Shown here one piece after another: positions 8,470 through 17,115 of a stretch of 35,082 bases of DNA. The stretch comes from Candidatus Sumerlaeota bacterium (GTDB lineage Bacteria > CG03 > SLGR01). Within the stretch, counting starts at the first letter, position 1. Every line of letters begins with the position of its first letter. The position numbers were made by a program, and so were the translations under genes. The stretch is taken from assembly GCA_007136585.1 (NCBI GenBank), contig SLGR01000092.1, positions 1-35,082 of the forward strand. The letters are read 5' to 3'. The notes beneath the pieces were generated by a model. The model ran no database searches. It saw only the letters and a list, made by a program, of their open reading frames with translations, and had not been told where the DNA came from.

Positions 8470-9342
8470 CTACTGCAGCCACTGATCTACTACATCCGGG
8501 TTTTCATTCATCCATCTGACAGCGGTCTCATAGGGATCTTCTTCGCCGGCTTCAATCCGGGCCATAAGGTCATTCAGCCCGTCCATATGCCAGAAAAACC
8601 TGTCCAGAAACCCGAAAGTTTCCGGGGCATCTTCAATTAACCCGGCGCGGACTATGTTATGGATGGCCTCAATACCGCCGTATACCAGCTGGGGATCCTC
8701 AAGTTCCTTCAGTTCCCATTCGCCAAATTTCCAGTGGGGAAGCCACCCTGTAACAACTATCCATTCCTCATTAGTTACGGCTTCATCAATCGCAGCCACC
8801 ATATCGGCATCGCTTCCCGGAATCAGTTCAAAATCTTCCAGGCCGTATACTTCAATCGCTTCCTCGGTGGCGCTCATTATACCGGATTCCGGATCAATAC
8901 CTATTATCTGGCCATCAAACTCTTCTGCATACTCAGGCAGAACTTCTATAGAGTCTATTTCCACGTATTCGGGAACAACCAGGCCTATACTGGCCCCGTA
9001 AACCTGGGGTCCAAGGTCTACCACGTTACCGGCTGTAAGCTGGAAGTATTCCGCATGTGTTTCGGGAAGCCAGGCGCATACAAATCCGTCAAAATCCCCG
9101 GCGGCGGTACCATCCCACATCTCTGAAGCTGAAACCGGTGTAAGAACGACCTCGTGTCCCAGTTTTTCCTGAAGGACTGCTTTTGCCATATTGGAACTGG
9201 CTATTGCGCAGGCCCACTCAACGTAAGCCAGTTCAATACTCTCTCTCTCGTAAGTTACAGCCACATCTTCCGCAACCCTGGCGCAGCTTAACAGCCCCAG
9301 AGCCAAGAACCCTCCAATCACCAGAGTAACCCTTCTTCGCAT
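8470..9342 (-). CDS. Glycine betaine/quaternary-amine-type ABC substrate-binding lipoprotein (OpuAC/ProX family)
   Basis: The sequence ELAYVEWACAIASSNMAKAVLQEKLGHEV...WDGTAAGDFDGFVCAWLP resembles the OpuAC fold family. I place the start at the ATG at 9342 because AAGGAGG lies 5 nt upstream, which gives MRRRVTLVIGGFLALGLLSC with a lipobox (LLSC). The ORF track instead starts at the GTG at 9375. Confidence 0.8.
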   Translation of the reverse strand: MRRRVTLVIGGFLALGLLSCARVAEDVAVTYERESIELAYVEWACAIASSNMAKAVLQEKLGHEVVLTPVSASEMWDGTAAGDFDGFVCAWLPETHAEYFQLTAGNVVDLGPQVYGASIGLVVPEYVEIDSIEVLPEYAEEFDGQIIGIDPESGIMSATEEAIEVYGLEDFELIPGSDADMVAAIDEAVTNEEWIVVTGWLPHWKFGEWELKELEDPQLVYGGIEAIHNIVRAGLIEDAPETFGFLDRFFWHMDGLNDLMARIEAGEEDPYETAVRWMNENPDVVDQWLQ

Positions 9343-9436
9343 AAAAACCTCCTTCACTTCCTTTATTCTCCTCACCCGTAAAAACCCTGTTACGGTAACC
9401 GTCTTAATTTTTAAAACCAGAACAAAAACCCCGGGA

Positions 9437-10441
9437 TTACTCTATTATTTCTTCCGCCCGCTGAAGAACTTCCTCCGCAACATAATTCCCGATGGTGGCG
9501 ATAGCTCTCCGGTTAAATGAAATCATGGGTTTATCCGTAAAATAAACGGGAATCTCTCCGGGATGTTCTCCCTCCATTATCCGAAGCACAGTTTCCGCCG
9601 TTTTCTGTCCAACAGAACCGTAATCCGGGTATATACCCATAAAAGCACCTGAACTCACAAAATTTTTTGAATATCCCGTAACAGGAATTCTGTTCCGGAG
9701 ACTGAACAAGAGCACCCTCCTTATGGAAGCATCAAAATACAGACTCCGGTCAGGGAGGGTCCATATAATATCCGCCCCTTTTTCCTTTAAATTATCAAGC
9801 GCGCGGGATAAATCCCTGGGCTCCTTAACGGTTTCCGTTACAGCCCCCAGGCCTGCTTCAAGCAGAGCTTCTTCAGCTTCTTCAACAGTTCTGCCCGTGT
9901 TTTCGGGGTTATAGGCTATCCCGATTTTTTCAATATGGGGCAGCGCTTCAGCCAAAATCTCAAACTGAACCGCCGGGGGGATATCTAATGTAACTCCTGT
10001 AACATTTCCTCCCGGTCTTATTAAGTCATCAATAATATTGAGCTCCCGGGGAAAGTTGAGCATTGAGAAAACCACAGGGGTTTCAATTATTTTTTCTGAC
10101 ACAATCCGGGAAGATCCGGGACCCAGGGTTAAGATCAGGTCCGGCTCAGTTTCCCGCAAAAGCAAGAACAGTTCTTCTGTCTCGTATTCTGAAAGGTTGT
10201 ATGAAATTTTTGTATACTCGAAATTTATTCCGTCAAGTGTTTCGGTAAAACTGTCAAGCATTTTTCTCTGGGAGACGGAATCACTCTCTTTGATTACAGC
10301 TATATCAGCTGCTTGGGCGGTATGATACGCCAGGAAAAAAAAGATTAGAGCCGAAGAGACCAGACGCCACGCCAGTTTCCCTCCGGCATTTATCCCCGTG
10401 AGTATAACTTCCCTGCCTGTTTCATCCTTCTTAACGTCCAG
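9437..10441 (-). CDS. ABC transporter substrate-binding protein (ABC_sub_bind / PF04392-like), start codon non-canonical
   Basis: The reading frame stays open from 10474 down to 9437, but it contains no ATG, GTG or TTG upstream of 10261. The upstream part encodes an obvious signal peptide (KLAWRLVSSALIFFFLAYHTAQA|ADIAVIKE...) and the conserved first beta-strand of the family. AAGGAGG lies 5 nt before the CTG at 10441-10439. A second CTG at 10375-10373 follows GGAGGG. Confidence 0.7.
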   Translation of the reverse strand: MDVKKDETGREVILTGINAGGKLAWRLVSSALIFFFLAYHTAQAADIAVIKESDSVSQRKMLDSFTETLDGINFEYTKISYNLSEYETEELFLLLRETEPDLILTLGPGSSRIVSEKIIETPVVFSMLNFPRELNIIDDLIRPGGNVTGVTLDIPPAVQFEILAEALPHIEKIGIAYNPENTGRTVEEAEEALLEAGLGAVTETVKEPRDLSRALDNLKEKGADIIWTLPDRSLYFDASIRRVLLFSLRNRIPVTGYSKNFVSSGAFMGIYPDYGSVGQKTAETVLRIMEGEHPGEIPVYFTDKPMISFNRRAIATIGNYVAEEVLQRAEEIIE

Positions 10442-10513
10442 CGCTTCCTCCTTTAAAATTTTTACGGAAGCTCCTTAACTGCATCTGACGAACATATTGA
10501 AGCTACACTGTCT

Positions 10514-10541
10514 ATCTTAATTACTTAGTATGCTCTGTCAA
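10514..10541 (-). promoter_or_regulatory. Sigma70-like promoter candidate for the PF04392-type binding-protein gene
   Basis: Read on the minus strand: TTGACA (10541-10536), a 16-nt spacer, then TAAGAT (10519-10514). It sits ~70 nt upstream of the AAGGAGG SD and inside the 165-nt gap after the oppF-like stop. Confidence 0.35.
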
Positions 10542-10606
10542 GTCTCCGCATAACGGCGTATTTATACAAGGAAGTAAGGTAAGAGTATAGAACATATACC
10601 CCGAAC

Positions 10607-11374
10607 TTAACTCTTACTCAGCCAGGGGTTCACCGGAACAGAATCCAGGAGCTTTCTGGTGTAACTGTTCCGGGGAGAGGTTATAACCTCCGCTGCGGGC
10701 CCTTCTTCAACAATAAGCCCCTCTTTCATAACGGCTACCCTGTCGGCTATCATACTGACCGCCTCAAGGTCGTGGGCTATGAATATGATGGGCAGCCCTG
10801 CGGATGAGTTAATATCCTTCAGAAAATTAATGACCTGGGCCTGCACGGAAATATCCAGGGCCGATACGGGCTCGTCGCAGACAAGGAGCTCCGGCTCAAG
10901 TGCCAGGGCCCGGAGTATGGCTATCCTCTGTTTCTGCCCTCCCGAGAACTGGTGAGGATATTTTGAGGTGTTTATCTTCTCCAGCCCCGCCCCCCGGAGA
11001 AGCTCGGAAGCCCGGGCAGGGCGTTTCCCGCGGGGGACGCCGGCGCAGCCCAGGGCCTCGTATAGGCAGCTCTTTATACTGAGTTTCGGATTAAGGGAGT
11101 AGAGCGGGTTCTGGAAAACCATCTGGGCCGGATGAGGCCGGGAAACACGCCACTTTATCAGCCCGGAATCCGGATTTTCCAGCCCGCAGATTATTTTTGC
11201 CGCTGTTGTCTTGCCGCTCCCGGATTCCCCCACCAGGGCCAGCACCTCGCCCCTGCCTATCTCGAAACCTACCCCCTTAAGGGCCTCCACCTTTCCCTTG
11301 CGGGTACCCAGAAACCCTTCACTGCTGTAAGTTTTCCTGAGGTTTTCTACCTTAAGAACGCTCAACCTGAGCAC
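10607..11374 (-). CDS. Oligopeptide/dipeptide-type ABC transporter ATP-binding protein (OppF/DppF-like)
   Basis: Walker A GESGSGKTT, ABC signature FSGGQKQR, Walker B LLVCDEPVSALD, and a C-terminal oligo_HPY-like SPRNSYTRKLL. The ORF track starts at 11464, which overlaps the upstream gene by ~100 nt. An in-frame GTG at 11374 (or TTG at 11365), just before LKVENLRKTY, is more plausible. Confidence 0.85.
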   Translation of the reverse strand: MLRLSVLKVENLRKTYSSEGFLGTRKGKVEALKGVGFEIGRGEVLALVGESGSGKTTAAKIICGLENPDSGLIKWRVSRPHPAQMVFQNPLYSLNPKLSIKSCLYEALGCAGVPRGKRPARASELLRGAGLEKINTSKYPHQFSGGQKQRIAILRALALEPELLVCDEPVSALDISVQAQVINFLKDINSSAGLPIIFIAHDLEAVSMIADRVAVMKEGLIVEEGPAAEVITSPRNSYTRKLLDSVPVNPWLSKS

Positions 11375-12312
11375 CTCGAGTAATGTTCTTCCGAAACCCT
11401 TATTAATTCCTTCTCCCTGCCGCACCTTTCTGAACCCCGGGAACACCTCGGAAAAAACACGCACCCCGGGGTAGTATCAGCGGGGGAAGGAACGCTCCCG
11501 GGGATAGGGCGTATACGGCTCCCGGGGGTTTTAATATCCGGAAGGGCTCCCAGAAGGCCTTTCGTGTAAGGGTGAGCGGGACGGGAAAAAATATCCTCTG
11601 CGGGGCCGTACTCAAGGACCTGCCCTGCGTAAAGTATGTATATCCTGTCAGCCAGGGATGAGAGAAGGTTAAGGTTATGCGTTATGAATACCAGGCTGAG
11701 AGAGTGTTTTTTTCTCAGAACTCCCAGGTTGTCAATTATCTTCTTTTGTATGGTTACATCAAGGTTGCTTGTAGGCTCATCGGCTATAAGAAGTTCCGGT
11801 GAGTTCAGAAGAGCCGCGGCTATGGAGGCCCTCTGAAGCATTCCTCCTGAAAGCTGGTGAGGAAACATCTCCCTTACTCCCCGGTCAAGGTTGACCTCCT
11901 CAAGCATACGCAGGCAGGTTTCGGAGGTCTCATCCGCTCTCATACCGTGCACCCGGCAGATCTCCTCCATCTGCCTCCCTATCCTGATAACCGGATTGAA
12001 AGAACCGTACGGGTCCTGCATTATAAGGGATATTCTCTTCCCCCTTATCCCCTGCATCTGTTTCTCATCAAGACCGGAAAGATCCATCCCCGAGAAACTT
12101 ATCCTCCCCCCGGAAACCGCCCCTTCCGCACGGTCAAAAAGGTCCAGAACAGAAAGGGCCAGGGTGGATTTCCCGCACCCGGATTCTCCTGCAACTCCGA
12201 CAGACTCCCCGCGTTTTACATATAGGTCAACGCCTCTTAACGCCTTTACCGGACCTGAAGGGGTGTAGTACACCGCCTCCAGGTTGCTTATCTCAAGCAG
12301 GGGAGCGGTCAT
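11362..12312 (-). CDS. Oligopeptide/dipeptide-type ABC transporter ATP-binding protein (OppD/DppD-like)
   Basis: Walker A GESGCGKST, signature LSGGMLQR, Walker B LLIADEPTSNLD, and C-terminal RPAHPYTKGLLGALP. The likely start is ATG 12312 (MTAPLLEISNLEAVYY); the track start at 12339 is also possible. Confidence 0.85.
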   Translation of the reverse strand: MTAPLLEISNLEAVYYTPSGPVKALRGVDLYVKRGESVGVAGESGCGKSTLALSVLDLFDRAEGAVSGGRISFSGMDLSGLDEKQMQGIRGKRISLIMQDPYGSFNPVIRIGRQMEEICRVHGMRADETSETCLRMLEEVNLDRGVREMFPHQLSGGMLQRASIAAALLNSPELLIADEPTSNLDVTIQKKIIDNLGVLRKKHSLSLVFITHNLNLLSSLADRIYILYAGQVLEYGPAEDIFSRPAHPYTKGLLGALPDIKTPGSRIRPIPGSVPSPADTTPGCVFFPRCSRGSERCGREKELIRVSEEHYSRCSG

Positions 12313-13141
12313 CTTTTTTCCCGGAAAGACGCGGATCAAGGAGATCCCTTAACCCCTCACCCAGCAGGTTAAAGGAGAGAACAGTCACAAGTATGGCAGC
12401 GGCAGGGTAAAGTATAAGCCACCAGGCGTGCTGCCCCATATACTCTCTCCCGACGGCAAGGATGCTTCCCCAGGAAGGGTCGGGGGGCTGAACCCCGAGT
12501 CCCAGGAAAGAAAGGACCGATTCTGTCAGGACGGCCGACCCCACACCAAGTGTAGCTGTTATTATCACCGGGGCTATAACGTTGGGAAGCATATGCACTG
12601 CAAGGATCCGCCAGGGTCGCACACCCATCATCCTGGCAGCCAGGATATATTCACGCTCACGTACTGCAAGAGCCTCTCCTCTTACGTACCTTGCCAGAGA
12701 AGGCCAGCTTGTCGCCCCTATCACTATCATCACATTGAAAATGCTCGGCTCAAGAAAGGTTATGACCATCAGTATAAGAAATATCGTCGGAAAACAGAGC
12801 ATTACATCAACAACGCGCATTACCGCGCTATCCACCGCCCCCCCGTAAAACCCGGCCGCCAGACCGAGAGGGACTCCTATGAGAAGCGATATCCCGACCG
12901 CCACAAACCCTACAGAAAGAGATATGCGCCCTCCGTAGAGGATCCGGGAAAAAACATCCCTGCCCAGCTCATCGGTCCCCATAAGATGCCGGCGACAGGG
13001 GGGGCTGAGACGCCGGGCAAGGTTCTGTTCCCCGGGGGGACTCGGCGCCAGGACTGGACTGAGCGCCGATAAGATGAAAAGGAAAAACAGCACGGTCAGA
13101 CCGAAAAAGGCCATCCTGTTATTAAAAAGCTTTCCGATCAT
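12293..13141 (-). CDS. Oligopeptide/dipeptide-type ABC transporter permease (OppC/DppC-like)
   Basis: 282 aa with six hydrophobic segments and a BPD_transp_1-type EAA-like region (YILAARMMGVRPWRILAVHMLPNV). Its start overlaps the oppB-like stop (ATGA). Confidence 0.85.
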   Translation of the reverse strand: MIGKLFNNRMAFFGLTVLFFLFILSALSPVLAPSPPGEQNLARRLSPPCRRHLMGTDELGRDVFSRILYGGRISLSVGFVAVGISLLIGVPLGLAAGFYGGAVDSAVMRVVDVMLCFPTIFLILMVITFLEPSIFNVMIVIGATSWPSLARYVRGEALAVREREYILAARMMGVRPWRILAVHMLPNVIAPVIITATLGVGSAVLTESVLSFLGLGVQPPDPSWGSILAVGREYMGQHAWWLILYPAAAILVTVLSFNLLGEGLRDLLDPRLSGKKDDRSPA

Positions 13142-14109
13142 TTTCTGTACCTTATCCTCGGATCCACCGCCGCGTACCCTATATCGGCCAGCAGGTTTCC
13201 TATAAGGGTAAGCAGAGCCATTATAACCCCTATCCCCATTATCACCGGGTAATCCCTGGACATAATAGAACTGTAGGCGAGGCGCCCCATACCGGGCCAG
13301 GAAAAAATAGTCTCAAAGACAACGGATCCTCCTATAAGCGAAGGTATCAGGAGCCCCACCATTGTAACCACGGGTATAAGGGCATTCCTAAGACCGTGCC
13401 CCAGTATGATCCGGCGGCCCGGGATACCTCTGGCCCGCGCGGAACGGATATAATCGGCCCTTATGACCTCCAGCATAGTTGAACGCATATACCTGGATAT
13501 GAAAGCAAGACCTGTTATCCCAAGCGTAAGAACCGGCAGGATCATATGACGGATTACATCCGCAACCCTGCCCAGAGGGGAGAGAAATTCAAACTCAACG
13601 CTTGTCATCCCGGATACCGGAACCCACCCGAGACGCACCCCGAATATATACATCAGGACAAGCGCAAGGGCGAATGCGGGAACCGAATACCCCAGAAAGA
13701 CCAGGGCCGTAAGAGCCCTGTCCAGGAGAGTATCATGTTTTACGGCCGAGATTATTCCTATGGGAATAGCAAGTGAGAATATAAGAGCCAGGGCCGCAAG
13801 GTTAAGAAAAACCGTTGCGGGGAACCTCTCGAATATTTTACTGCTGACCCGCCTCCCGTCACGGAAAGAGTTGCCGAAATCCAGCGTAACCACCCTCCTC
13901 AGCCAGCTCAGGTACTGCTCGTGGAGGGGCCTGTCAAGACCGTAGGCCGCGTAGAGCCTCATCCTGGCCCTGGTATCAACCCCGGGACTCATACCGATCT
14001 CGTCAACCGGAGACCCGGGAGCAAGACGCATGACTATAAAAGTGATCAGGGTTATACCCAGAAGCAGGGGAAAGAACAAAATAACCCGTCTGATTATGTA
14101 TCTTCTGAT
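13138..14109 (-). CDS. Oligopeptide/dipeptide-type ABC transporter permease (OppB/DppB-like), start codon uncertain (ATC 14109, or ATG 14123 with an indel)
   Basis: Permease with the motif YIRSARARGIPGRRIILGHGLRNALIP. The conserved N-terminal segment (I)RRYIIRRVILFFPLLLGITLITF aligns residue for residue with E. coli DppB MLQFILRRLGLVIPTFIGITLLTF, yet it lies upstream of the first canonical start (TTG 14079). GGAGGG sits 6 nt (AAAAAA) before the ATC at 14109-14107. Confidence 0.8.
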   Translation of the reverse strand: MRRYIIRRVILFFPLLLGITLITFIVMRLAPGSPVDEIGMSPGVDTRARMRLYAAYGLDRPLHEQYLSWLRRVVTLDFGNSFRDGRRVSSKIFERFPATVFLNLAALALIFSLAIPIGIISAVKHDTLLDRALTALVFLGYSVPAFALALVLMYIFGVRLGWVPVSGMTSVEFEFLSPLGRVADVIRHMILPVLTLGITGLAFISRYMRSTMLEVIRADYIRSARARGIPGRRIILGHGLRNALIPVVTMVGLLIPSLIGGSVVFETIFSWPGMGRLAYSSIMSRDYPVIMGIGVIMALLTLIGNLLADIGYAAVDPRIRYRK

Positions 14110-14146
14110 TTTTTTCCCTCCATCCGGCTACACGGTCTTCCAGATC

Positions 14147-14656
14147 TTATATTATACCCATATAGGCCGCAACGGCTATTAACCCGGAGCCCATAATCAC
14201 GAGAACCTTTAGGGCCGAACCGGCGGCTCGCCCGAAAAGAGCTCCGCCTGATGATTTTAATGAACCCCGCAGGCTCCGGCCTCCTGAAAGTTCCCCGGCA
14301 AGGGCCCCGGCAAAAGTTCCCGCCGCCGCCCCCAGCAGGGTTCCGGGTCCGGGGGCCACTACGCTCAGCAATGCGGCCCCGGCCATCCCTCCAAGCAGGG
14401 CCCCCCTCACCCCCCGGGCTGAAGCCCCGCTTTTCTTTGCCCCGGCATACCCTCCCAGAAAATCCAGGGTCTCTCCTGCCAAAGCGGCAAGGAGAAGAAG
14501 ACCCACAAGAAGAGGCCCCGCCGAGCGGAACCCGTCAAGGAGAGATACAATGAAAAACCCAAACCAGGCAGCCAGGGCTCCCGGCATACCCGCCAATGCG
14601 AGGATTATCCCCATAACGCAGAAAAGCATTACAATCATTACGTATACAAAATTCAC
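14147..14656 (-). CDS. DUF456-family small membrane protein
   Basis: 169-aa Gly/Ala-rich polytopic ORF with the pattern GMPGALAAW...GETLDFLGGYAGAKKSGAS...GELSGG characteristic of DUF456. Its GTG start overlaps the bioY stop (GTGA). Confidence 0.6.
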   Translation of the reverse strand: MNFVYVMIVMLFCVMGIILALAGMPGALAAWFGFFIVSLLDGFRSAGPLLVGLLLLAALAGETLDFLGGYAGAKKSGASARGVRGALLGGMAGAALLSVVAPGPGTLLGAAAGTFAGALAGELSGGRSLRGSLKSSGGALFGRAAGSALKVLVIMGSGLIAVAAYMGII

Positions 14657-15210
14657 CGATTAATCGCTCCGGAGCTCTGCAGCTGCCTGTATATACCGGC
14701 AGCTGCGGCAAACTTTATTATATCGCCCGGGATAAACGGCAGAAACCCTATAGCGGCAGCTTCAATAAGGGTCCGTCCTGTCACCGCGCCCAGCGCGGGC
14801 ACCCCTATCGCGTATATAACCGCCCACCCGGTAAACATTCCGAAAAAAGGACGCCCTCTCTCGGCAAGGAGCCCGCATATGAGAGCTCCGGCCGCAAACC
14901 CGGCTATAAAACCTCCGGTCGGGCCTAACAGGTATCCTATACCGCTTCCCCCTCCGGCAAAAACCGGAAGCCCGGCCGCTCCCATTATTATATACAGACA
15001 CTGGCTGAGAAAAGCGGCTTTGCCGCCTATAAGAACACCGGAAAGCATTACAAAGAGGTTCTGGAGGGTCACCGGAACGGGAGAGTAAGGCAGGGGAATT
15101 ATAATGTAAGAGCCCGCGGCTGTAAGAACCGCAAAGAGCGAAACCCTTACCAGTAACCCCGAACTCAATTCAGAGGCGGGCTTTCGTATATCCGGCGGCA
15201 TAAAAAACAT
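14653..15210 (-). CDS. bioY: Biotin transporter S-component BioY
   Basis: The sequence LFAVLTAAGSYIIIPLPYSPVPVTLQNLFVMLSGVLIGGK matches the BioY core motif. The track start at 15249 runs into the tRNA gene, so I use ATG 15210 (ATG 15201 is also possible). Confidence 0.85.
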   Translation of the reverse strand: MFFMPPDIRKPASELSSGLLVRVSLFAVLTAAGSYIIIPLPYSPVPVTLQNLFVMLSGVLIGGKAAFLSQCLYIIMGAAGLPVFAGGGSGIGYLLGPTGGFIAGFAAGALICGLLAERGRPFFGMFTGWAVIYAIGVPALGAVTGRTLIEAAAIGFLPFIPGDIIKFAAAAGIYRQLQSSGAINR

Positions 15211-15237
15211 CCGGCTCTTTACATCGGGGGAAAAAAC

Positions 15238-15315
15238 TGGTAGCGGCAACGGGATTTGAACCCGTGTCGCAGCCTTGAGAGGGCTGTGTCCTAGGCCAGG
15301 CTAGACGATGCCGCC
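15238..15315 (-). tRNA. tRNA-Glu (anticodon CUC), CCA encoded
   Basis: The reverse complement reads GGCGGCAUCGUCUAGCCUGGCCUAGGACACAGCCCUCUCAAGGCUGCGACACGGGUUCAAAUCCCGUUGCCGCUACCA. It folds as a cloverleaf, with anticodon stem CAGCC/GGCUG and loop CU-CUC-AA. Confidence 0.9.
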
Positions 15316-15339
15316 ACAGTTTTGCCAAGTATTTTAACA

Positions 15340-17115
15340 TTAAATTGATTGCATTTCAAACATCCGGCGGTATAATCCGGGAACCGCAAGGAGCTCCTCG
15401 TGGCGCCCCTCCTCCCTTTTAAAGCCGTCCTCCAGGACAATTATCTTATCCGCTTTGCGTACGGTGGAAAGACGGTGGGCTATAACCAGAGTGGTGCGGT
15501 TTTTCATAAGAGAATCAAGAGCTTCCTGGACAAGTTTCTCGGATTCCGTATCAAGGTGGGAGGTCGCCTCGTCAAGTATTAGTATCTCGGGGTCTTTTAT
15601 AAGGGCCCGGGCTATTGAGATCCGCTGTTTCTGTCCGCCTGAAAGCTTAACCCCCTTCTCTCCTACCACTGTATCATATCCCATGGGGAGCTGTGAAATA
15701 AATTCGTGGGCGTGGGCGGCCCGGGCGAACCTCTCAACCTCGCTCCGGGAGAACTCTCCCAGCCCGTAACATATGTTCTCCATTATGCTCATATTAAAAA
15801 GTATTACATCCTGCATTACCATGGCTATCTTTCCCCTCAGGGAGCGGATGGTATACTCTCTTATATCGGTCCCGTCTATAATTACGGATCCCTTAACCGG
15901 GTCAAAAAACCTGGGGACCATATTCACAAGGGTGGTCTTCCCAGCTCCCGAGGGTCCAACAAAAGCCGCTATATGCCCCCTGGGTATATCAAGACTGATA
16001 TTCTTAAGGACAAGCTCGTTTCTCTCGTATGCGTAAGAGACATCCCTAAACTCTATTTTATCCCGAAAGCTCTCAAGCGCCTTTGGGTTTTGCACCTGAA
16101 CAATATGATCACGTCGGTCAAGCACTTCGAAGATCCTTTCGGAGGCGGCAAGGCTGCGCTGAAGCTGCTGGTTTATACCGGCGAAGTGCTTGGCGGGAGT
16201 ATATATCCCTACCATATAACCGAGAAAAAGAAAAAAGTCACCCGGTGTTACCGTGCCGCGCAGGACCGCCCGGCCTATAACCGAAATGGCAAGGGCCACC
16301 CCCGCGGTAGCGAGAAACTCAATAAAGGCCCCCTGGAACGCGTCTATCCTTTCTGACCTGAGAACCAGGCTTATGAAGTTACGGTTAACCCTGTGCATAT
16401 TTCTCTGTTCCTCTTTTTCCATTGAGAAAACCTTTACAAGACGAACCCCCGATATTTTCTCAGCAAGAAAATCATATATCTCGGCCATTCGCTGGTGCCC
16501 CTTTCTTCCGAGTCGTCTGAGTTTTCTGGAAAACTTTATAAGAGGAAGTATTATTATGAAAAACCCGGCAAAAGTAAGAAGCGCCCAGCGCCAGTTAAAT
16601 ATAATTATAAGGGAAAAGAGAACTACAAGCATAAGTCCGTCCCGTATAAGCCGGGTGGGTATCTTGACTATGGATGACTCAAGGTACTTTACATCGTTAG
16701 TTATCCTGGAAAGGAGCTGCCCGGTAGGGTTTGCCGAATAGTAGGCCAGGGACTGGTAGACAAGGTGCCTGAATAACCTGTTTCTAAGGTCCATGGCCAC
16801 GTTCTGTCCGACATAAGCCATCAGGTATTTTGCCAGGAATTCGCATACCCCTTTAAGAAAAGCAAGGCTTATTATGAGAAGAGCAAGGTAGTTAACCGCG
16901 TTTTCTCTGGGTATCTCAAGGTTTATAAAAGGTATAATAAGGGGCGTATCGGCGGCAAAGATCATATCCATAACCGGTTTTACCGTTGTTATGAGCGAGG
17001 GCATAAGCAGCCCCACCAGGGAAAGAAGCACCATCCCTGTTATGAACCTCCCCCTGTAGGGTTTTATAAAACGGAAGAGTCTCTTTATTATCGCGTAATT
17101 GGTCAGTTTTTGCAT
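15340..17115 (-). CDS. msbA: ABC exporter, fused TMD-NBD, lipid A flippase MsbA-like
   Basis: 591 aa: six TM helices followed by an NBD with Walker A GPSGAGKTT, signature LSGGQKQR and Walker B ILILDEATSHLD. Position immediately after lpxA (13-nt overlap) supports an MsbA role. Confidence 0.75.
   Translation of the reverse strand: MQKLTNYAIIKRLFRFIKPYRGRFITGMVLLSLVGLLMPSLITTVKPVMDMIFAADTPLIIPFINLEIPRENAVNYLALLIISLAFLKGVCEFLAKYLMAYVGQNVAMDLRNRLFRHLVYQSLAYYSANPTGQLLSRITNDVKYLESSIVKIPTRLIRDGLMLVVLFSLIIIFNWRWALLTFAGFFIIILPLIKFSRKLRRLGRKGHQRMAEIYDFLAEKISGVRLVKVFSMEKEEQRNMHRVNRNFISLVLRSERIDAFQGAFIEFLATAGVALAISVIGRAVLRGTVTPGDFFLFLGYMVGIYTPAKHFAGINQQLQRSLAASERIFEVLDRRDHIVQVQNPKALESFRDKIEFRDVSYAYERNELVLKNISLDIPRGHIAAFVGPSGAGKTTLVNMVPRFFDPVKGSVIIDGTDIREYTIRSLRGKIAMVMQDVILFNMSIMENICYGLGEFSRSEVERFARAAHAHEFISQLPMGYDTVVGEKGVKLSGGQKQRISIARALIKDPEILILDEATSHLDTESEKLVQEALDSLMKNRTTLVIAHRLSTVRKADKIIVLEDGFKREEGRHEELLAVPGLYRRMFEMQSI

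Noticed and set aside
10255-10270. An apparent frameshift between the signal-peptide-encoding segment and the ATG-started ORF of the PF04392-like binding protein.
   Set aside because: This was my own miscount of a T run. Recounting shows five T at 10261-10265. With that count, ...CAG AGA AAA ATG CTT... is continuous and the whole gene is one open frame. Only the start-codon problem remains, and it is reported as a finding.
11375-11464. An overlap of about 100 nt between the oppD-like and oppF-like ORFs.
   Set aside because: This is an artefact of taking the longest ORF. The conserved NBD N-terminus (LKVENLRKTY) begins just after in-frame GTG and TTG codons at 11374 and 11365, which gives an ordinary short overlap.
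15211-15249. An N-terminal extension of the bioY ORF.
   Set aside because: It runs into the 3' end of tRNA-Glu(CUC) at 15238. The internal ATGs at 15210 and 15201 give a normal BioY N-terminus.
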